Source: Eledone cirrhosa (taxonomy: Eukaryota). From it: a DNA stretch of 64,000 nt. A program made the position numbers and the translations under genes. The stretch lies in NCBI GenBank assembly GCA_964016885.1, contig OZ024741.1, positions 75,020,001 through 75,084,000 of the forward strand, given 5' to 3'. The notes beneath the pieces are model-generated. The model was not told the origin of the DNA. It did not search any database and was given only the letters and a program-made list of their open reading frames with translations. Below are positions 39,941-54,087 of the stretch, one piece after another (the first letter of the stretch is position 1; every line of letters begins with the position of its first letter).

Positions 39941-41990
39941 TGGCGGTCTGGTGGGAGATGCGCAGACATGCGCCATTCCAGACAGATCCTACCACGACAA
40001 TCTCCACCTCATACGATACATCGTGGAGAGGGTAGCTAGGGAACCTGGCACGGGTGGGTCCTTGATCAATTTAGATCAGTCGGAAGCTTTCGATAGGGTC
40101 GACCATCGTTATCTGGTGGCAGTCCTGAGGGCGGCTGGCTTTGAGCCCATCTTCAGAGGCTGGATCAGTGCCATGCACAGTGACATCTCCTCTGTGGTGA
40201 GAGTGAATGGTCACCTTTCGGAACTGTTCAACATCAGGCGCTCGGTCCACCAAGGATGTCTCCTCTCATCCCTCTTGTACGTATTGACTCTCAATACTGC
40301 ACAAACTGGAGACGTTGAGGGGAGTCCCGCGTGAACTAGAATGCGGAAGATCCATGTCAGCATATGCAGACGATGTCACCGTAGTGGTGTCGAACGCCAA
40401 ACACATCGAGGCGATCGGCACCACACTAAGAGAATACGAAGCGGTGACAGGAGCAATGATCAACCAGGAAAAGTCAGTGGGCCTGCAGCTCGGCACCTGG
40501 AGAGGCAGGTCCATGCCGTCAAACAGCGTCGTCGGGAGCTGGACGGATGGACCGGTTAAATTGCTTGGGGTCTGGTTTGGTCCGGACCTCCAGACGGACA
40601 AAAACTGGGACGAGGCGACAAGCAGGGTGGTTTCTCTCACCCAGAAATGGGCAGAGAGGAAGCTATCCCTGAAAGGTCGAGCGGAGGTGGCGAATACGTA
40701 CATCGCGTCCGTCATCTACTACCGCCTGACCGTCGTGCCTTGTCCTAAGCCTCGTCTGACTGCGCTGGAGCGTTTGCTCTTTCGCTTTTTGTGGAAGGAA
40801 CACGCTCCGATGGTCAGGCGGTCCATCTGCTGTCAACACCTACTACATGGAGGGCTGGGCATGCCATGGCTGATGATGCGCAGACATGCGCTCAGGCTAC
40901 GACATCTCCACCTCTTCCTCGACGGTGATCAGGTGTGGTCGCCGTTTGCTAGACACGTCTTTCCCCAGCTAGTTTCCTTGACGGAGCTGCGAAGACCGAG
41001 AGGGAGCATTTAGAGACAGGAATGTCTTCAGGCGCTCACAGCCCCTAACCAGTTGGGCAATGTGATCGGTGGAAACTCCACCTTGGCGATCTATTGAGCA
41101 TTAGTGGAGGGGAAGAGCGACGACGTACTTGGGGAAACACTAGTTGTCGACGAAAATCAACTAGCCAATCTCTTCAGAAGAACTTTCGGCCCAGGGCCTA
41201 TGGACAAATTCCAGAAATCCTTGGCATGGCAGTGCTACCGAGGAGCCTTGCCAGTTCGGGATAAACTCTACAGGCATGGAAGTGCCATCAGCCGGGCATG
41301 TCTGAGATGCGCGCAGGGCTACGAAACCGTCCTGCATGCACTCGTCCAGTGTCCGAGCATTGCTGACTTGTGGGTTTATGTTGAACACCTGTTGTTGCGT
41401 GTAGAACGGATCCGGCTATCAGCTGAGTCCATCGTGAGAATTGCCAGGCCCTTTTCCTTTAGCCGGGAAGGGCAGGCAGTTTTTATCTGTCTGGTGGCCA
41501 TGGGAAGAGATAGTATGGTTGACGCATCTGAAAGGGCTGAAGACGAGCACTTACCTCTTCGGTGATGTCCTGATTAACTTTTTCAAATTTCATTTGAAAA
41601 GGAAAATCAAGGTAGAGAGGGAGGTGCTCTCTTCCCAGCATTTTGTTGAAAGATGGGTGAGAGAGGCAAGAATGACCCGAGTGAATGAGCCTACTCTGAG
41701 TATGTGTCTGTAAATTAAAGGTGGAAAACTGGGAGAGGGCACTTGCCCTGGTGGTCAGGGTCACTATGGCCTTTTAATGGACTTTCTCCACAAATGTCCC
41801 TCCGAAGTCTCCCCCCTATTGGGGAATTTTTCATTGTTATTTTTATTACATCCTCTGTTTTTTTGTTTTTTTACAGGCAGAAATGCCCATTTGTACCGTC
41901 CTTTATTGTCCTGTACTGTCCTTAATGTCTACTTTATGTAAACCCTTGTGGTTAATAAAGAAATCATTATTATTATTATTATTATTATTG
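39941..41990 (+). mobile_element. 5'-truncated, decayed copy of the Tx1-like LINE
   Basis: High identity to 45910-47978, with frameshifts; ends aataaagaaatc(att)n. Confidence 0.92.
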
Positions 41991-42203
41991 AATGCCATGG
42001 TTGACGGAGGCTCGGCTCTGTAAGGTATAGTAATTTTTAACCGTTAAAACAATTGTAAATTGTTTAAAACTTGAACCAAATTGTTGATAAAGACACCCTC
42101 CTCCTCGTGAGAGGGGTCTTTCTGTACGTTATTTGGCCCTTCGGGGCTAAATAACCAGTTATTGGGGTTTTGTACCCAATATTCATTTTAAACAAAAAAC
42201 AAC

Positions 42204-44249
42204 ATGGCTACGAAAAAGAAATTTCATACGTCACTCCCACTCATTCCGTCTTCTTCCTCAATCATCACTACAGCAGAGAGAAGATTGTCTCTCTCCCTCC
42301 CTTCTCTTTCGCAAGTGACGAAAGAAAAGAAAAGTCTCGTGCAAAGCGTGCAAAGTTTCTCCACGACGACGACGACAGCGACGAAACAGGTGTGCGGGAA
42401 ATACGAAAACCCAGTTCATTCGTCTGACGTCAGGAATAATAGCAGTAGCAGCCGTAATAACAACAGCAACAGTGACAATGAAAACAACAGTAGCAGCCGC
42501 AACAGCATCACCAGCAGCATAAACAACAACAGCATTAGCAGCAGCAACACCAACAACAACCACAGCAACAGCGGCGGAGGCAGTAGTCGTAGTACCTGCA
42601 GCAACAACAAAAGTACCAGCAGCTCTGACGACAACAACAACAGCAGAGAAAAACCAATCTCATTTGCAGGTATTGCGAAAAACTTGGAAACAATCCTCAT
42701 AACAAATGAGGAATTAGAGGAAGCGAAGAAGATGGTTACAAAGAACGGACACCGAGCAATCTGCAAGGCAGCGGAAACATTTTTCGAAACCCAAGAGCAC
42801 TGTACGGTCACGTACCGTACAGTAAGTACAAAATCCCGTAGGGTGGAAAGAGCCACAGAGGCCCAAATACAAAAAGCCTTGGGGTCTGTGTGGCAGCGGA
42901 AAACGCACATCACCCGAGGCAAAAAATATGCCACCGTAGACGTACTTTTTGCCACACCCCAGGAGGCAAAGGCCCAATCAGTAGTGACCCTAAGGAGCGA
43001 GGAAATGGTGTTGGTGCCCTCCTACTGTGGGCAAAAAATTGTGAGGGTCAAACTAACCCACGTCCCCCCCGGAATGACCCCTTCTTGGCTGGCCGCGTCT
43101 GTCCTCGTCGGAATCGAGGACAAAACAACTGTACTGCAAGTACAGAAAAAAGTAAGAGAAGATTGGGTCGGCTCCTCCATTGAGATGCTAATCCAAACCA
43201 ACCAGGAGTGCATCGAAGCTATCCCGGATGTGATAGACTTCGATAACGGCACTCAACTGCCCATAAGTGTTGAGGGCAAACGCCCGAAATGCTTTCGCTG
43301 TGGATCGAAGACTCACCCCAGGGCCTTCTGCAACGAGAAGACCCTGAGAAAGGAGAAAACCCCCCTCCTTCCGAATCCGGCTCCACGGCTACCAGCAACA
43401 GGACAAGCGGCAACCAGGAACGATAGGTCCGTGGCACCCATACCCACTCCACGGAAATCAAAAACAGCAGCAGCAGTGGAAATATTAACAACAACAGCAA
43501 TACCAAATGCAGCTGCAACAGAGACTCCAGTGCAAACATCACCAACAACAAGTGAAAGAGTGGAGCTGGTACCCCTCCCCGACCTCACAGAATCAGACAT
43601 GGAGTGTGAGGTGGGAGAGGGATGGCAAAAGGTCGTAAGAAGGCACAAACGCAGAAGCAGCGCATCGTCGCCTTTGAAAAGGGAGGAAAGAAATGAGAAA
43701 AGGGTAAAGTCTACTGCAAAGAGACCCACAGCAGCAACAACACCAACACCATCACCACCCACACTAGCACCACCATCACCACCGCCAGCAACACCCTTAA
43801 CACCACCACCACAAGCACCAACATCGCAAACACAACAACAAAACACACACACCCAGCAACAACGACAAGAAAATAGTAGAACCACACCCCACCCCCAGAA
43901 AAACAAATGCACGGCAATAAATACACACAACAAGAAACTAATGACTTACATAATTGAACACACAGACATTTCACAACAGGACTACATAATACCAGCACCA
44001 ATCAAAACGCCAACTAACATAAGACTGCTAAAAATAGCACAGAAACAATACACAAACATTAAAACGAAATTCCCCAACGCAGTTGGTGATTTCAGGGACC
44101 TAGGAGGAACCATCAATCGAAGAGTATACTCAGACATTCTCTTAGAAGAGCCGACGACCAGCCGAAGGGACGATTCAACGGTCCCTTCACCAGACGATCA
44201 AGTGAAAAGGGATGTAAAAACCATCCCTCCTCTACCAAAAGTACGGTAA
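42204..44249 (+). CDS. LINE ORF1 (gag-like; CCHC zinc knuckle; N/S-rich and P/T-rich low-complexity tracts)
   Basis: 681-aa open frame containing CFRCGSKTHPRAFC and WQKVVRRHKRR, directly upstream of ORF2. Confidence 0.85.
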   Translation: MATKKKFHTSLPLIPSSSSIITTAERRLSLSLPSLSQVTKEKKSLVQSVQSFSTTTTTATKQVCGKYENPVHSSDVRNNSSSSRNNNSNSDNENNSSSRNSITSSINNNSISSSNTNNNHSNSGGGSSRSTCSNNKSTSSSDDNNNSREKPISFAGIAKNLETILITNEELEEAKKMVTKNGHRAICKAAETFFETQEHCTVTYRTVSTKSRRVERATEAQIQKALGSVWQRKTHITRGKKYATVDVLFATPQEAKAQSVVTLRSEEMVLVPSYCGQKIVRVKLTHVPPGMTPSWLAASVLVGIEDKTTVLQVQKKVREDWVGSSIEMLIQTNQECIEAIPDVIDFDNGTQLPISVEGKRPKCFRCGSKTHPRAFCNEKTLRKEKTPLLPNPAPRLPATGQAATRNDRSVAPIPTPRKSKTAAAVEILTTTAIPNAAATETPVQTSPTTSERVELVPLPDLTESDMECEVGEGWQKVVRRHKRRSSASSPLKREERNEKRVKSTAKRPTAATTPTPSPPTLAPPSPPPATPLTPPPQAPTSQTQQQNTHTQQQRQENSRTTPHPQKNKCTAINTHNKKLMTYIIEHTDISQQDYIIPAPIKTPTNIRLLKIAQKQYTNIKTKFPNAVGDFRDLGGTINRRVYSDILLEEPTTSRRDDSTVPSPDDQVKRDVKTIPPLPKVR

Positions 44250-44284
44250 GTGGTCTTTCCCATCTTTTCCACTCTATTTTAAAC

Positions 44285-47200
44285 ATGACCTCACTCAGAA
44301 TAGGCAGCATAAATGCGCGTGGCTTGGGGTCGTCATGGAAGCAGGGTCACCTGCTCAACGACCTCAGGTCACTAAACATAGATGTAGTGGCCATTAGCGA
44401 GACCAGAATCTCCGAAGCACGGGCATTCGCACCGATCTTCGGCGGCTACGATGTGTACGCATCTCCCAGCCGTCCTGGATCGGGTGGAGGAGTTGCTGTG
44501 CTTTTTCGGAGAGGTTTGGATCTCGCCATACGGGCCATCTTCCTGGACCCAGAGGGTAAGCTGGTGGTACTGGACATGACCAGCGGAGACGGGCAAGCTT
44601 TCAGGCTAGTGGCCGTCTATGCCCCGACAGGAGCAGGGCGGCCTGATTTCTTCCGGCGTCTGGAGACCTTTCTTGGAACGTCCCGCTCTTTAGTGTTAGT
44701 GGGCGACTGGAACGGGATCTTAGATGCACGCTGGGACTGTGTGGGATTAGCGGATAGGGGTGGAGGGTGCAAGAGCCTCACCAACCTGCTCAGGCGTTTT
44801 GAACTGTCTGACAGGTACCGATTGGATTTCCCGAATGTGCCAATGTGGACTTGGACAAACCGCATAGGGTCATCCAGATCATATCTAGATAGAGTATTTT
44901 GTAGGGAAATAGATAGGTCTAGCATAGGCTGTCCACAATTCAAGATAGTCAGCTACACGGACCACAAATTCGTGACCTGTGTGCTTGACTTAGATAGGCT
45001 TCATAGACGAGGACCCGGCTACTGGAAGCTAAACGCGTCCTTACCAGCGCGCAAGGCCTACAGAGACCGGATTAGCGAACTAGTTAAGCGGGCGTTGACG
45101 GGGGCCATCGTCAACAACAAGTGGTGGTTTGCTCTGAAAAGAGCGATTAGAATAGAATCGATTAGGTTTAGTAAGGCTTTAGCAATAGAGAAAAATAGAG
45201 CAGAGGGAGAACTAGTTAAAAAATTAGACGAGGCGCTTAGCAAAGGCATTGCGACCGACGTGCTTGCGGCGAAATTGGCCCTTGACCAATTCTTCAATGC
45301 AAAGCACGAAGGCTGCGTTGTCAGAGCTAGGGTGCGTGCTCTCAGACACGAGGGGACGAAAGCCGTTCAATGGGCCCGAGTGGCGGAGGCGCGTCGTGGC
45401 AACAAAGCCACGATCCGGTCTTTGGTGGACCACGACGGGCGCATGCTACTCGATCCCGGGCAAATGTGTGAAGCTTTTCAGCGACACTTCGCTCAGCTGT
45501 TCGGGGGCAGCGGGGGGCCGGGTAGAGGGATGGACTTTAGTGTCTACCTCGACGGACTGCCGCGGCTCTCGGCCACTGAGGCGAAGTGTTGCGAAAAGCC
45601 GATAACAGCCGCTGAAGTAAGGGAGGCAATGACTGGCTGCACAAGGGGTAAATCGCCTGGTTTGGATGGTCTGCCCTATGAACTTTACGTACAGATGCCA
45701 GACTTGTTCGGAGGCCTCTTGGCGGACGTCTACTGCAACTGGCAACAGAACGGGACAATTCCCAGTTCTGTGAGCTGAGGAGCGGTGGCACTGCTGAGAA
45801 AGGATCCGAACAAGGGGGATAACATAGACAATTTCCGGCCCATAACTCTGCTAAACACAGAGTTTAAGATTTTGGCCAAGGTGCTAGCAAAGAGGTTGGC
45901 GTTTGTCGTTGGTGGTCTGGTGGGAGAGGCGCAGACATGCGCCATTCCCGACAGATCCATCCACGACAACCTCCACCTCATGCGATACATCGTAGAGAGA
46001 GTAGCTAGGGAACCTGGCACGGGTGGGTCCTTGATCAATTTAGATCAGTCGAAAGCTTTCGATAGGGTCGACCATCGTTACCTAGCGGCAGTCCTGAGGG
46101 CGGCTGGCTTTGGGCCCGTCTTCAGAGGCTGGATCGCTGCCATGCACAGCGACATCTGCTCTGTGGTGAGAGTGAACGGTCACCTGTCGGAACCGTTCAA
46201 CATCATGCGCTCGGTCCGCCAAGGATGTCCCCTCTCGTCCCTCTTGTACGTATTGACTCTCGAGCCATTACTGCACAAACTGGAGACGTTGAGGGGAGTC
46301 CCGCGCGAACTAGGATGCGGAAGATCAGTGTCAGCATATGCGGACGATGTCACCGTAGTGGTGTCGAGCTCCAAACACATCGAGGCGATCGGCACTACAC
46401 TAAGAGAATACGAAGCGGTGACAGGAGCAATGATCAACCAGGAAAAGTCAGTGGGCCTGCAGCTCGGCACCTGGAGAGGCAGGTCCATGCCGTCCAACAG
46501 CGTCGTCGGACGCTGGACGGACGGACCGGTTAAATTGCTAGGGGTCTGGTTCGGTCCGGACCTCCAGACGGACAAAAACTGGGACGAAGTGACGAGCAGG
46601 GTGGCTTCTCTCACCCAGAAATGGGCGGAGAGGAAGCTATCCCTGAAAGGTCGAGCGGAGGTGGCTAACGCGTACATCGCGTCCGTCATCTGCTACCGTC
46701 TGACCGTCGTACCTTGTCCTAAGCCTCGCCTGACTGCGCTGGAGCGTTTGCTCTTTCGCTTTTTGTGGAAGGGACGCGCTCCGATGGTCAGGCGGTCCAT
46801 CTGTTGTCAACACCCGCTACGTGGAGGGCTGGGCATGCCGTGGCTGATGATGCGCAGGCACGCGCTCAGGCTACGACATCTCCACCTCTTCCTCGACGGT
46901 GATCAGGTGTGGTCGCCGTTTGCTAGGCGCGTGTTTCCCCAGCTCGTTTCCTTGACGGAGCTGCAGTCCTGGGTCAAGCGAAGACCGAGAGGGAGCGCCT
47001 GGAGACTGGAATGTCTTCAGGCGCTCACAGCCCTCGACCAATCGGGCAATGTGATCTGTGGAAACTCCACCTCGGCGTTCTATAGAGGTTTAGTGGAGGG
47101 GAAGAGCGATGACGTACTTGGGGAAACTCTAGGCGTCGACGAAAATCAACTAGCCAATCTCTTCGGAAGAACTTTCGGGACAGGGCCTATGGACAACTTC

Positions 47201-47704
47201 CAGAAATCTCTGGCCTGGCAGTGCTACCGAGGAGCCTTGCCAGTTCGGGATAAACTCTACAGGCATGGAGGTGCCGTCAGCCGGGCATGTCCGAGATGCG
47301 CGCAGGGCGACGAAACCGTCCTGCACGCACTCGTCCAGTGTCCGAAAATTGCTGACTTGTGGGTTTATGTCGAACACCTGCTGTCGCGTTTAGGACGGAT
47401 CCGGCTATCATCTGAGTCCATCGTGAGGATTGCCCCGCCCTCCTCCTTTAGCCGGGAAGGGCAGGCAGTTTTTATCTGCCTGGTAGCCATGGTGAAAGAG
47501 ATAGTATGGTGGACACGTTTGAAAGGGCTGAAGACGAGCACTTACCTCTTCGGTGATGCTCTGATTGACTTTTTCAAATTTCATTTGAAAAGGAAAATCA
47601 GAGTAGAGAGGGAAGTGCTCTCTTCCCAGCATTTTGTTGAAAGATGGGTGAGAGAAGCAAGAATGGCCCGAGTGAATGGGCCTACTCTGAGTATATATCT
47701 GTAA
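44285..47704 (+). pseudogene. LINE ORF2 (APE endonuclease + RT + C-terminal zinc finger) with a single in-frame TGA at 45776-45778
   Basis: SINARGL, ISETR, VGDWN, SYLDRV, YTDH, KSPGLDG, NFRPITLLN, LDQSKAFD, VRQGCPLS, YADD, CPRC..ETVLHALVQC. The 497-aa and 639-aa ORFs share one frame. Confidence 0.92.
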
Positions 47705-47978
47705 ATTAAAGGTGGAAAACTGGGAGAGGGCACTTGCCTTGGTGGTCAGGGTCATTGTGGCTTTTTACTGGGCTTTCACCACAAATGTCCCTCCGAAGTC
47801 TCCCCCCTATTGGGGAATTTTTCATTGTTATTTTCATTGTTATTTTTGTTACATCCTCTGTTTTTGTTTTTTACACGCAGAAATGCCCATTTGTACCGTC
47901 CTGCATTGTCCTGCACTGTCCTTAATGTCTACTTTATGTAAACCCTTGTGGTTAATAAAGAAATCATTATTATTATTA

Positions 47979-48430
47979 AGTGGCAGTGGATTGGCAATAT
48001 AAGTAGAGTGTCAGACACCATGCTTTATGGCATAGAGTTATGGCCCTTCATGTTCTTAGGTTAGCTTTGCCTTTCATCTTTATAGAGTCATAAAGATAAA
48101 GCACCAGTAATGCACTGGGGTAGAATTAATCGACTTTCCCCTTTCCCCAAATTGCTGGCCTTGTGCCTATAGTAGAAATCATCATTATTATTATTATATT
48201 GTGGTTGTTAGAGTGGTGGATTGGCAGAACCACTCAAGCATTGGACAATATACTTTGCAGCATTTGTTCTGACTCTTTACAGTCTGAGTTCAAATTTCAC
48301 CGAGATCAACTTGGCATTTCATCCTCACATAATCAAGAAAATAATGTATTAATCAAGTACTGGGGTCAGTATAATCGACTTTCTCCTACCCTCAAAAATT
48401 GTAGTCCTTGTACCTAAATCAGAAATCATT
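47979..48430 (+). mobile_element. Two tandem SINE copies
   Basis: gtggattggca head, gcctttcatc core, ccttgtgcct 3' end. Confidence 0.75.
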
Positions 48431-49029
48431 ACAAGGGTGATGGAAGCATTTCTGAATTGGTGGGGCCAAATTTGGACAATTTAGTTGTAGTGATTAATTT
48501 AGCTCTTTGCACTCTAAAATCGTCAGAAAATGCAATTTGAGTTCAAGCAGGTCATATTACATTTACAGCTTTCAATAATTATAAGGTGATTATAGCAAAA
48601 TGACCTATGAAATCTGTCTCTGAATACACATACTAACAATTGGCAAATAGTGAAATGTGGAGAAAAAGTTATGACACAACAAAAAAAAATTTGTTTCGAA
48701 TGTTAACATAATATATTATAAAATATCAAACATGATATTAAAAAAATTTTCGATATGCAATAAACATAACATGTACATAAATTGTAGCACATATACAAAT
48801 AGATGTGTTTTGTTAGTTTGGGGAGAAAAATATAATTATTGGGGATCCATGACTCCCTGTTCCCCTCACCCCTGATTGTCATGGCTGTTGTTTTTGTTGC
48901 TGTCATCATTTTCATTGTTTGTATGTTAATTGAAAGACATTTTCAGTTGTTTCAATAACTTCTATCATGTCATTAAGTATGTATTTGTGAACAAAAGCGA
49001 CAACAATAAAAATAAAAAAGAACAATAAT

Positions 49030-49415
49030 AATTGTTTCTACTTTTGGCACAAGGCCAGCAATTACCCAGTGCATTACTGGTACTTTATTTTATCGACCCC
49101 CGTAAGGTTGAAAGGCAAAGTTAACCTCGGCGGGATTTGAACTCAGAATGGCAAGGGCCGTAACTCCATGATTCAAAGCATGGCGTCTGACGCTCTACCG
49201 ACTACTGCCAATCCACCGCCCTAAAAAGAACAATAATAATGCTTTCTAATTTAGACACAAGGCCAGCAATTTGGGGAATGAGGCAAGTCAATCATATTGA
49301 CTCCAGTACTTAACTTTTACTTTCTTTTAACAACATCAGAAAGAGGAAAGGCAAAGTTGACCTTAGCAGGATTTGAACTTAGTATCTACAGAGTCAGAAC
49401 AACTCTGCCAAGTCA
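49030..49415 (-). mobile_element. Two SINE copies, minus strand
   Basis: Reverse complement of the family consensus. Confidence 0.8.
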
Positions 49416-49587
49416 CTTGCCTTGTTGATTTCTAAATTGATTAAATTACCACATTTTTCCTAGGAAGCATAAGTACTACAGTTGATATCATTATCATCAC
49501 TGTTTAACATCTATTTTGCATGCTTGCATGAGTGAGACCAGTCAGGTGACTATGATTGTTTATATGTTCTATTTTGGCTTGGTTTCT

Positions 49588-49730
49588 TCATATGTATAAT
49601 ATGATCAATTTAATTGATCATATGTATAATATGATCAATTTAATTGATCATATGTATAATATGATCAATTTAATTGATCATATGTATAATACGATCAATT
49701 TAATTGATCATATGTATAATATGATCAATT
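49588..49730. repeat. 30-bp tandem repeat with internal palindrome
   Basis: tatgtataatatgatcaatttaattgatca, about 4.7 copies. Confidence 0.9.
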
Positions 49731-50819
49731 CAAATCCAGCATGACTACACAATGACTAAAACTAGTAAAAGTCTAAAATCTCCTCGAGGTGATGCCCCAG
49801 CATGGCCATAGTCTAATAAAATTCTTTTAATGAAAGCATTAAAAGAATAAAAGAATGAAAGTGATGCTCTAGCATGGTCACAGTCCAATACTGAAACCAG
49901 TAAAAGAATAAAAGAATAACAACTACAAACTAAATTAACTTTAGCAGTGGTTAACAATGGTTATTAATCCATATCAGATGAAGAAACCCCAGCCTTAATC
50001 CTCTTGTAGTAAATCCTTTCACACACTTTATATTACAGACAAGTAATAATGTATTAAATAAAAAAAACTATAGCACCTACCCCACTGCTTCACCCCAGGC
50101 CCCACCTCTATCACACTACTCAGTACTATATTTTTTTATTTTTGTTTTATGCTGTTTTCTTTTCTTATTTATTTCTCTCTCTCTATCTAATCTATTTTAT
50201 CTTATTTGAAATTTTCTGTCACCATGCTGGTCTCTATTGTAACATATCTTTTTCCTCAACTAACTAAAGTCATTCTTCCTGTTTATGAATTAATGTCGAT
50301 TCTTCTTATTTCTTTCTGTTGTTGTTGGTCAATGAAAAGGAGCTTGTGACAACCAGCTTTCATTTATCGATTTCTCACACTGATAATCCAGCCAGTGAGA
50401 TAATATTTCTTTACTTTAATGCAACTTTTTCAACAACTGAAACAATAAATAAATTTTGACAAACTATCGTTTTTACATTTACTTTACTATGCCTGCATGG
50501 GTTGGGCTTGATTTTTCATGCAATGTTTTAAAGCCTGATGCTCTTCCTGACATTAGCCCGTTTAGTCTCTTATGATATGCAGGGACTTGATGTACCTATT
50601 CTAAACCAGATACACATGGAATATATATACTAATGGCCTCCCTGTACTGTGCTCAAATCTATTCATAAGGTTCCTATTGGCATCTATCATAATGCCAATT
50701 TTCCTTAAAATAAGAGATGTATTTAAACATTATATAACATACTATTAAAAATGTATTTAGAATAACTAAATGCAGAAAGTAATAAAGAAAATAACAGAAA
50801 AATCTATTCTACGTCAATT

Positions 50820-51310
50820 ATAAAACGTTTACAGAACTTCAGTATATACAATTTAAAAAATGTTTTTTCTTTAGAGCATGTATGAAGAGTTTGTTGGGTT
50901 TTCCTACTCTGGAACAATTGACCATGTAAGAAACAGCCCTATTCTAGATGAAGACCAATAACCTGCAGTGTTTGACCTTGGGACTTGTTAATGGTCATTG
51001 CATGACTGACTCTCATTGGGAAATGCAATTGTTTGAAATGAAAGAAGACATCTGTTGGTATTAATATTATTCTAGGTATAAATTGGATGTATCCCTTACC
51101 ACATCCAGTGAGGATTTTGGCTTCGATAATGTTAGGCTGTAGTTCAGTCACAACCGTACGTGTCCCAAGGCTGAGCAATGTTTCTAAGAAGCATAATGTC
51201 TGTGGTCTTCTTCAATTCAAGGTCGTGTGGCAGCATATCAGACGGTTGAGAACTTCAGTGGAATAATGGACAGCTTCGTCCTTGTTGACAGCTTTGTCAA
51301 TAGATTTATA
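50820..51310 (-). mobile_element. Helitron PIF1 helicase remnant
   Basis: IIEAKILTG..G...FIPRI.LIP...F.FKQLHFPMRVSHAMTINKSQGQTL. Confidence 0.85.
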
Positions 51311-51534
51311 GGTCTGACTGAATATGGCAATTCACCTTATTGCCAGGATATCGCCATTAGAAATTGTACTGTCTAAATAGTTGAACTTCTTCATTACATT
51401 CATTGGCAGATTTGGGATCAGGATGGTCGGAGGTTCATGTTCTGGCATTCCAGATTCCAGTAAATTATATAGTACTATTTATCCAGAGTATTGAAGTATT
51501 GAAGACTATTCAACAGAATTCGTAATATAATTGG

Positions 51535-51685
51535 CTTGTCTCCCCACAGCCCTGGCAGACAGAATAGAGAAGGCGTTTCCCTGGAGGACGGCAAGGGAGA
51601 TGTGCTGGAAGAGCCACTCCAACTCGCGGGGCTCACACCTGCGGCTGGCCAGCTCAGCACCTATGGTGGTGAGTAGGGAGTAGAT
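51535..51685 (-). mobile_element. CRE-like 3' end fragment
   Basis: Similar to 16440-16590; EPRELEWLFQHISLAVLQGNA. Confidence 0.7.
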
Positions 51686-51689
51686 TCCA

Positions 51690-52990
<1,301 letters not shown>

Positions 52991-53021
52991 CAAGAGTGAA
53001 GAGTTAAAATATAATAACAAT

Positions 53022-53210
53022 AATTGTTTCTACTTTAGGCACAAGGCCAGCAATTACCCAGTGCATTACTGGTACTTTATTTTATCGACCCCGTAAGGAT
53101 GAAAGGCAAAGTCAACCTCGGCGGGATTTGAACTCAGATCGTAAAGGGACGTAACTATGCTGGAAAGCATGGCGTCCGACCCTCTACCGATACTGCCAAT
53201 GCACCGCCCT
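53022..53210 (-). mobile_element. Full-length, young-looking tRNA-derived SINE
   Basis: Reverse complement gggcggtgcattggcagtatcggtagag...gttcaaatcccgcc...tagaaac(att)n. Confidence 0.88.
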
Positions 53211-53895
53211 ATATTATAACAATAATAATACATATATGTGTAGCTTATTTAAATTGAATTCCATTCTTGTGATTTGATACTCACCCTGTTGGGTGCAATT
53301 CATGTCAGAAGAAAGGAAATGAATTTAAATAAACCTGATGGACCAGTATGTTTTGAGTATTTGCCTGCTCATTTATTGATAAACAGCTATGTTTGAAGCC
53401 CCCACCTGCTACATTTTCTTATATTTCACAATTCATGAAGAAATATGCAACCAAAGGCTTTATATATCCAACTATGGTTTCTACAATACAATGTCCTTCC
53501 TATCAACAACCACTTTACAAAATATCCCCTACTACTTCCATGCTACAACTGCATTTTGATGGAGTTAATTGGTAACATTATGCCACAATTTAGTTGAGTT
53601 ATATATTTTTTTTATTGATGTTTATATTTTGTCTCATGTGACTGTCGCTGAATGTGTTTTTGCATCTGTTAAGTTAACAAGTATGTGAGCATAGATCTGT
53701 GTTTATGTGCATATATGTGTATAATATTTATGTCATTTAGCGACAACAGTTACTAAAATAACACAGCCATCTATTATATATATAATATGTGTGTATGTGT
53801 GTGTGTGTATGTGTGTATGTATTTATATGTATGTGTATATATATGCGTCTGTATATATATATATACATGTGTATATATATATATATATATGGGTG

Positions 53896-53978
<83 letters not shown>

Positions 53979-53981
53979 GTG

Positions 53982-54018
<37 letters not shown>

Positions 54019-54087
54019 TTATGTATATATATTTCGTTTCTGAATTTGTTTAGCAAGATTCTTTATCTGAAAACGTGTGTTGAAACC

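Larger units (their letters stand above)
41990..47978 (+). mobile_element. Full-length L1/Tx1-clade LINE in (ATT)n
   Basis: About 210-bp 5' UTR, ORF1, 35-bp spacer, ORF2, 3' UTR with aataaa and an (ATT)n tail. Confidence 0.92.

Noticed and set aside
42088-42160. HDV-like ribozyme in the Tx1 5' UTR (ctcctcg, ggctaa motifs)
   Set aside because: I could not build the nested double-pseudoknot (no properly placed P2). Simple hairpins explain the pairing.
45776-45778. Programmed readthrough or selenocysteine at the ORF2 TGA (also the R4 stops)
   Set aside because: Single transitions from CGA or TGG explain them, and there is no supporting signal.
53022-53210. tRNA genes
   Set aside because: The A/B-box heads run into SINE bodies and show no full cloverleaf.
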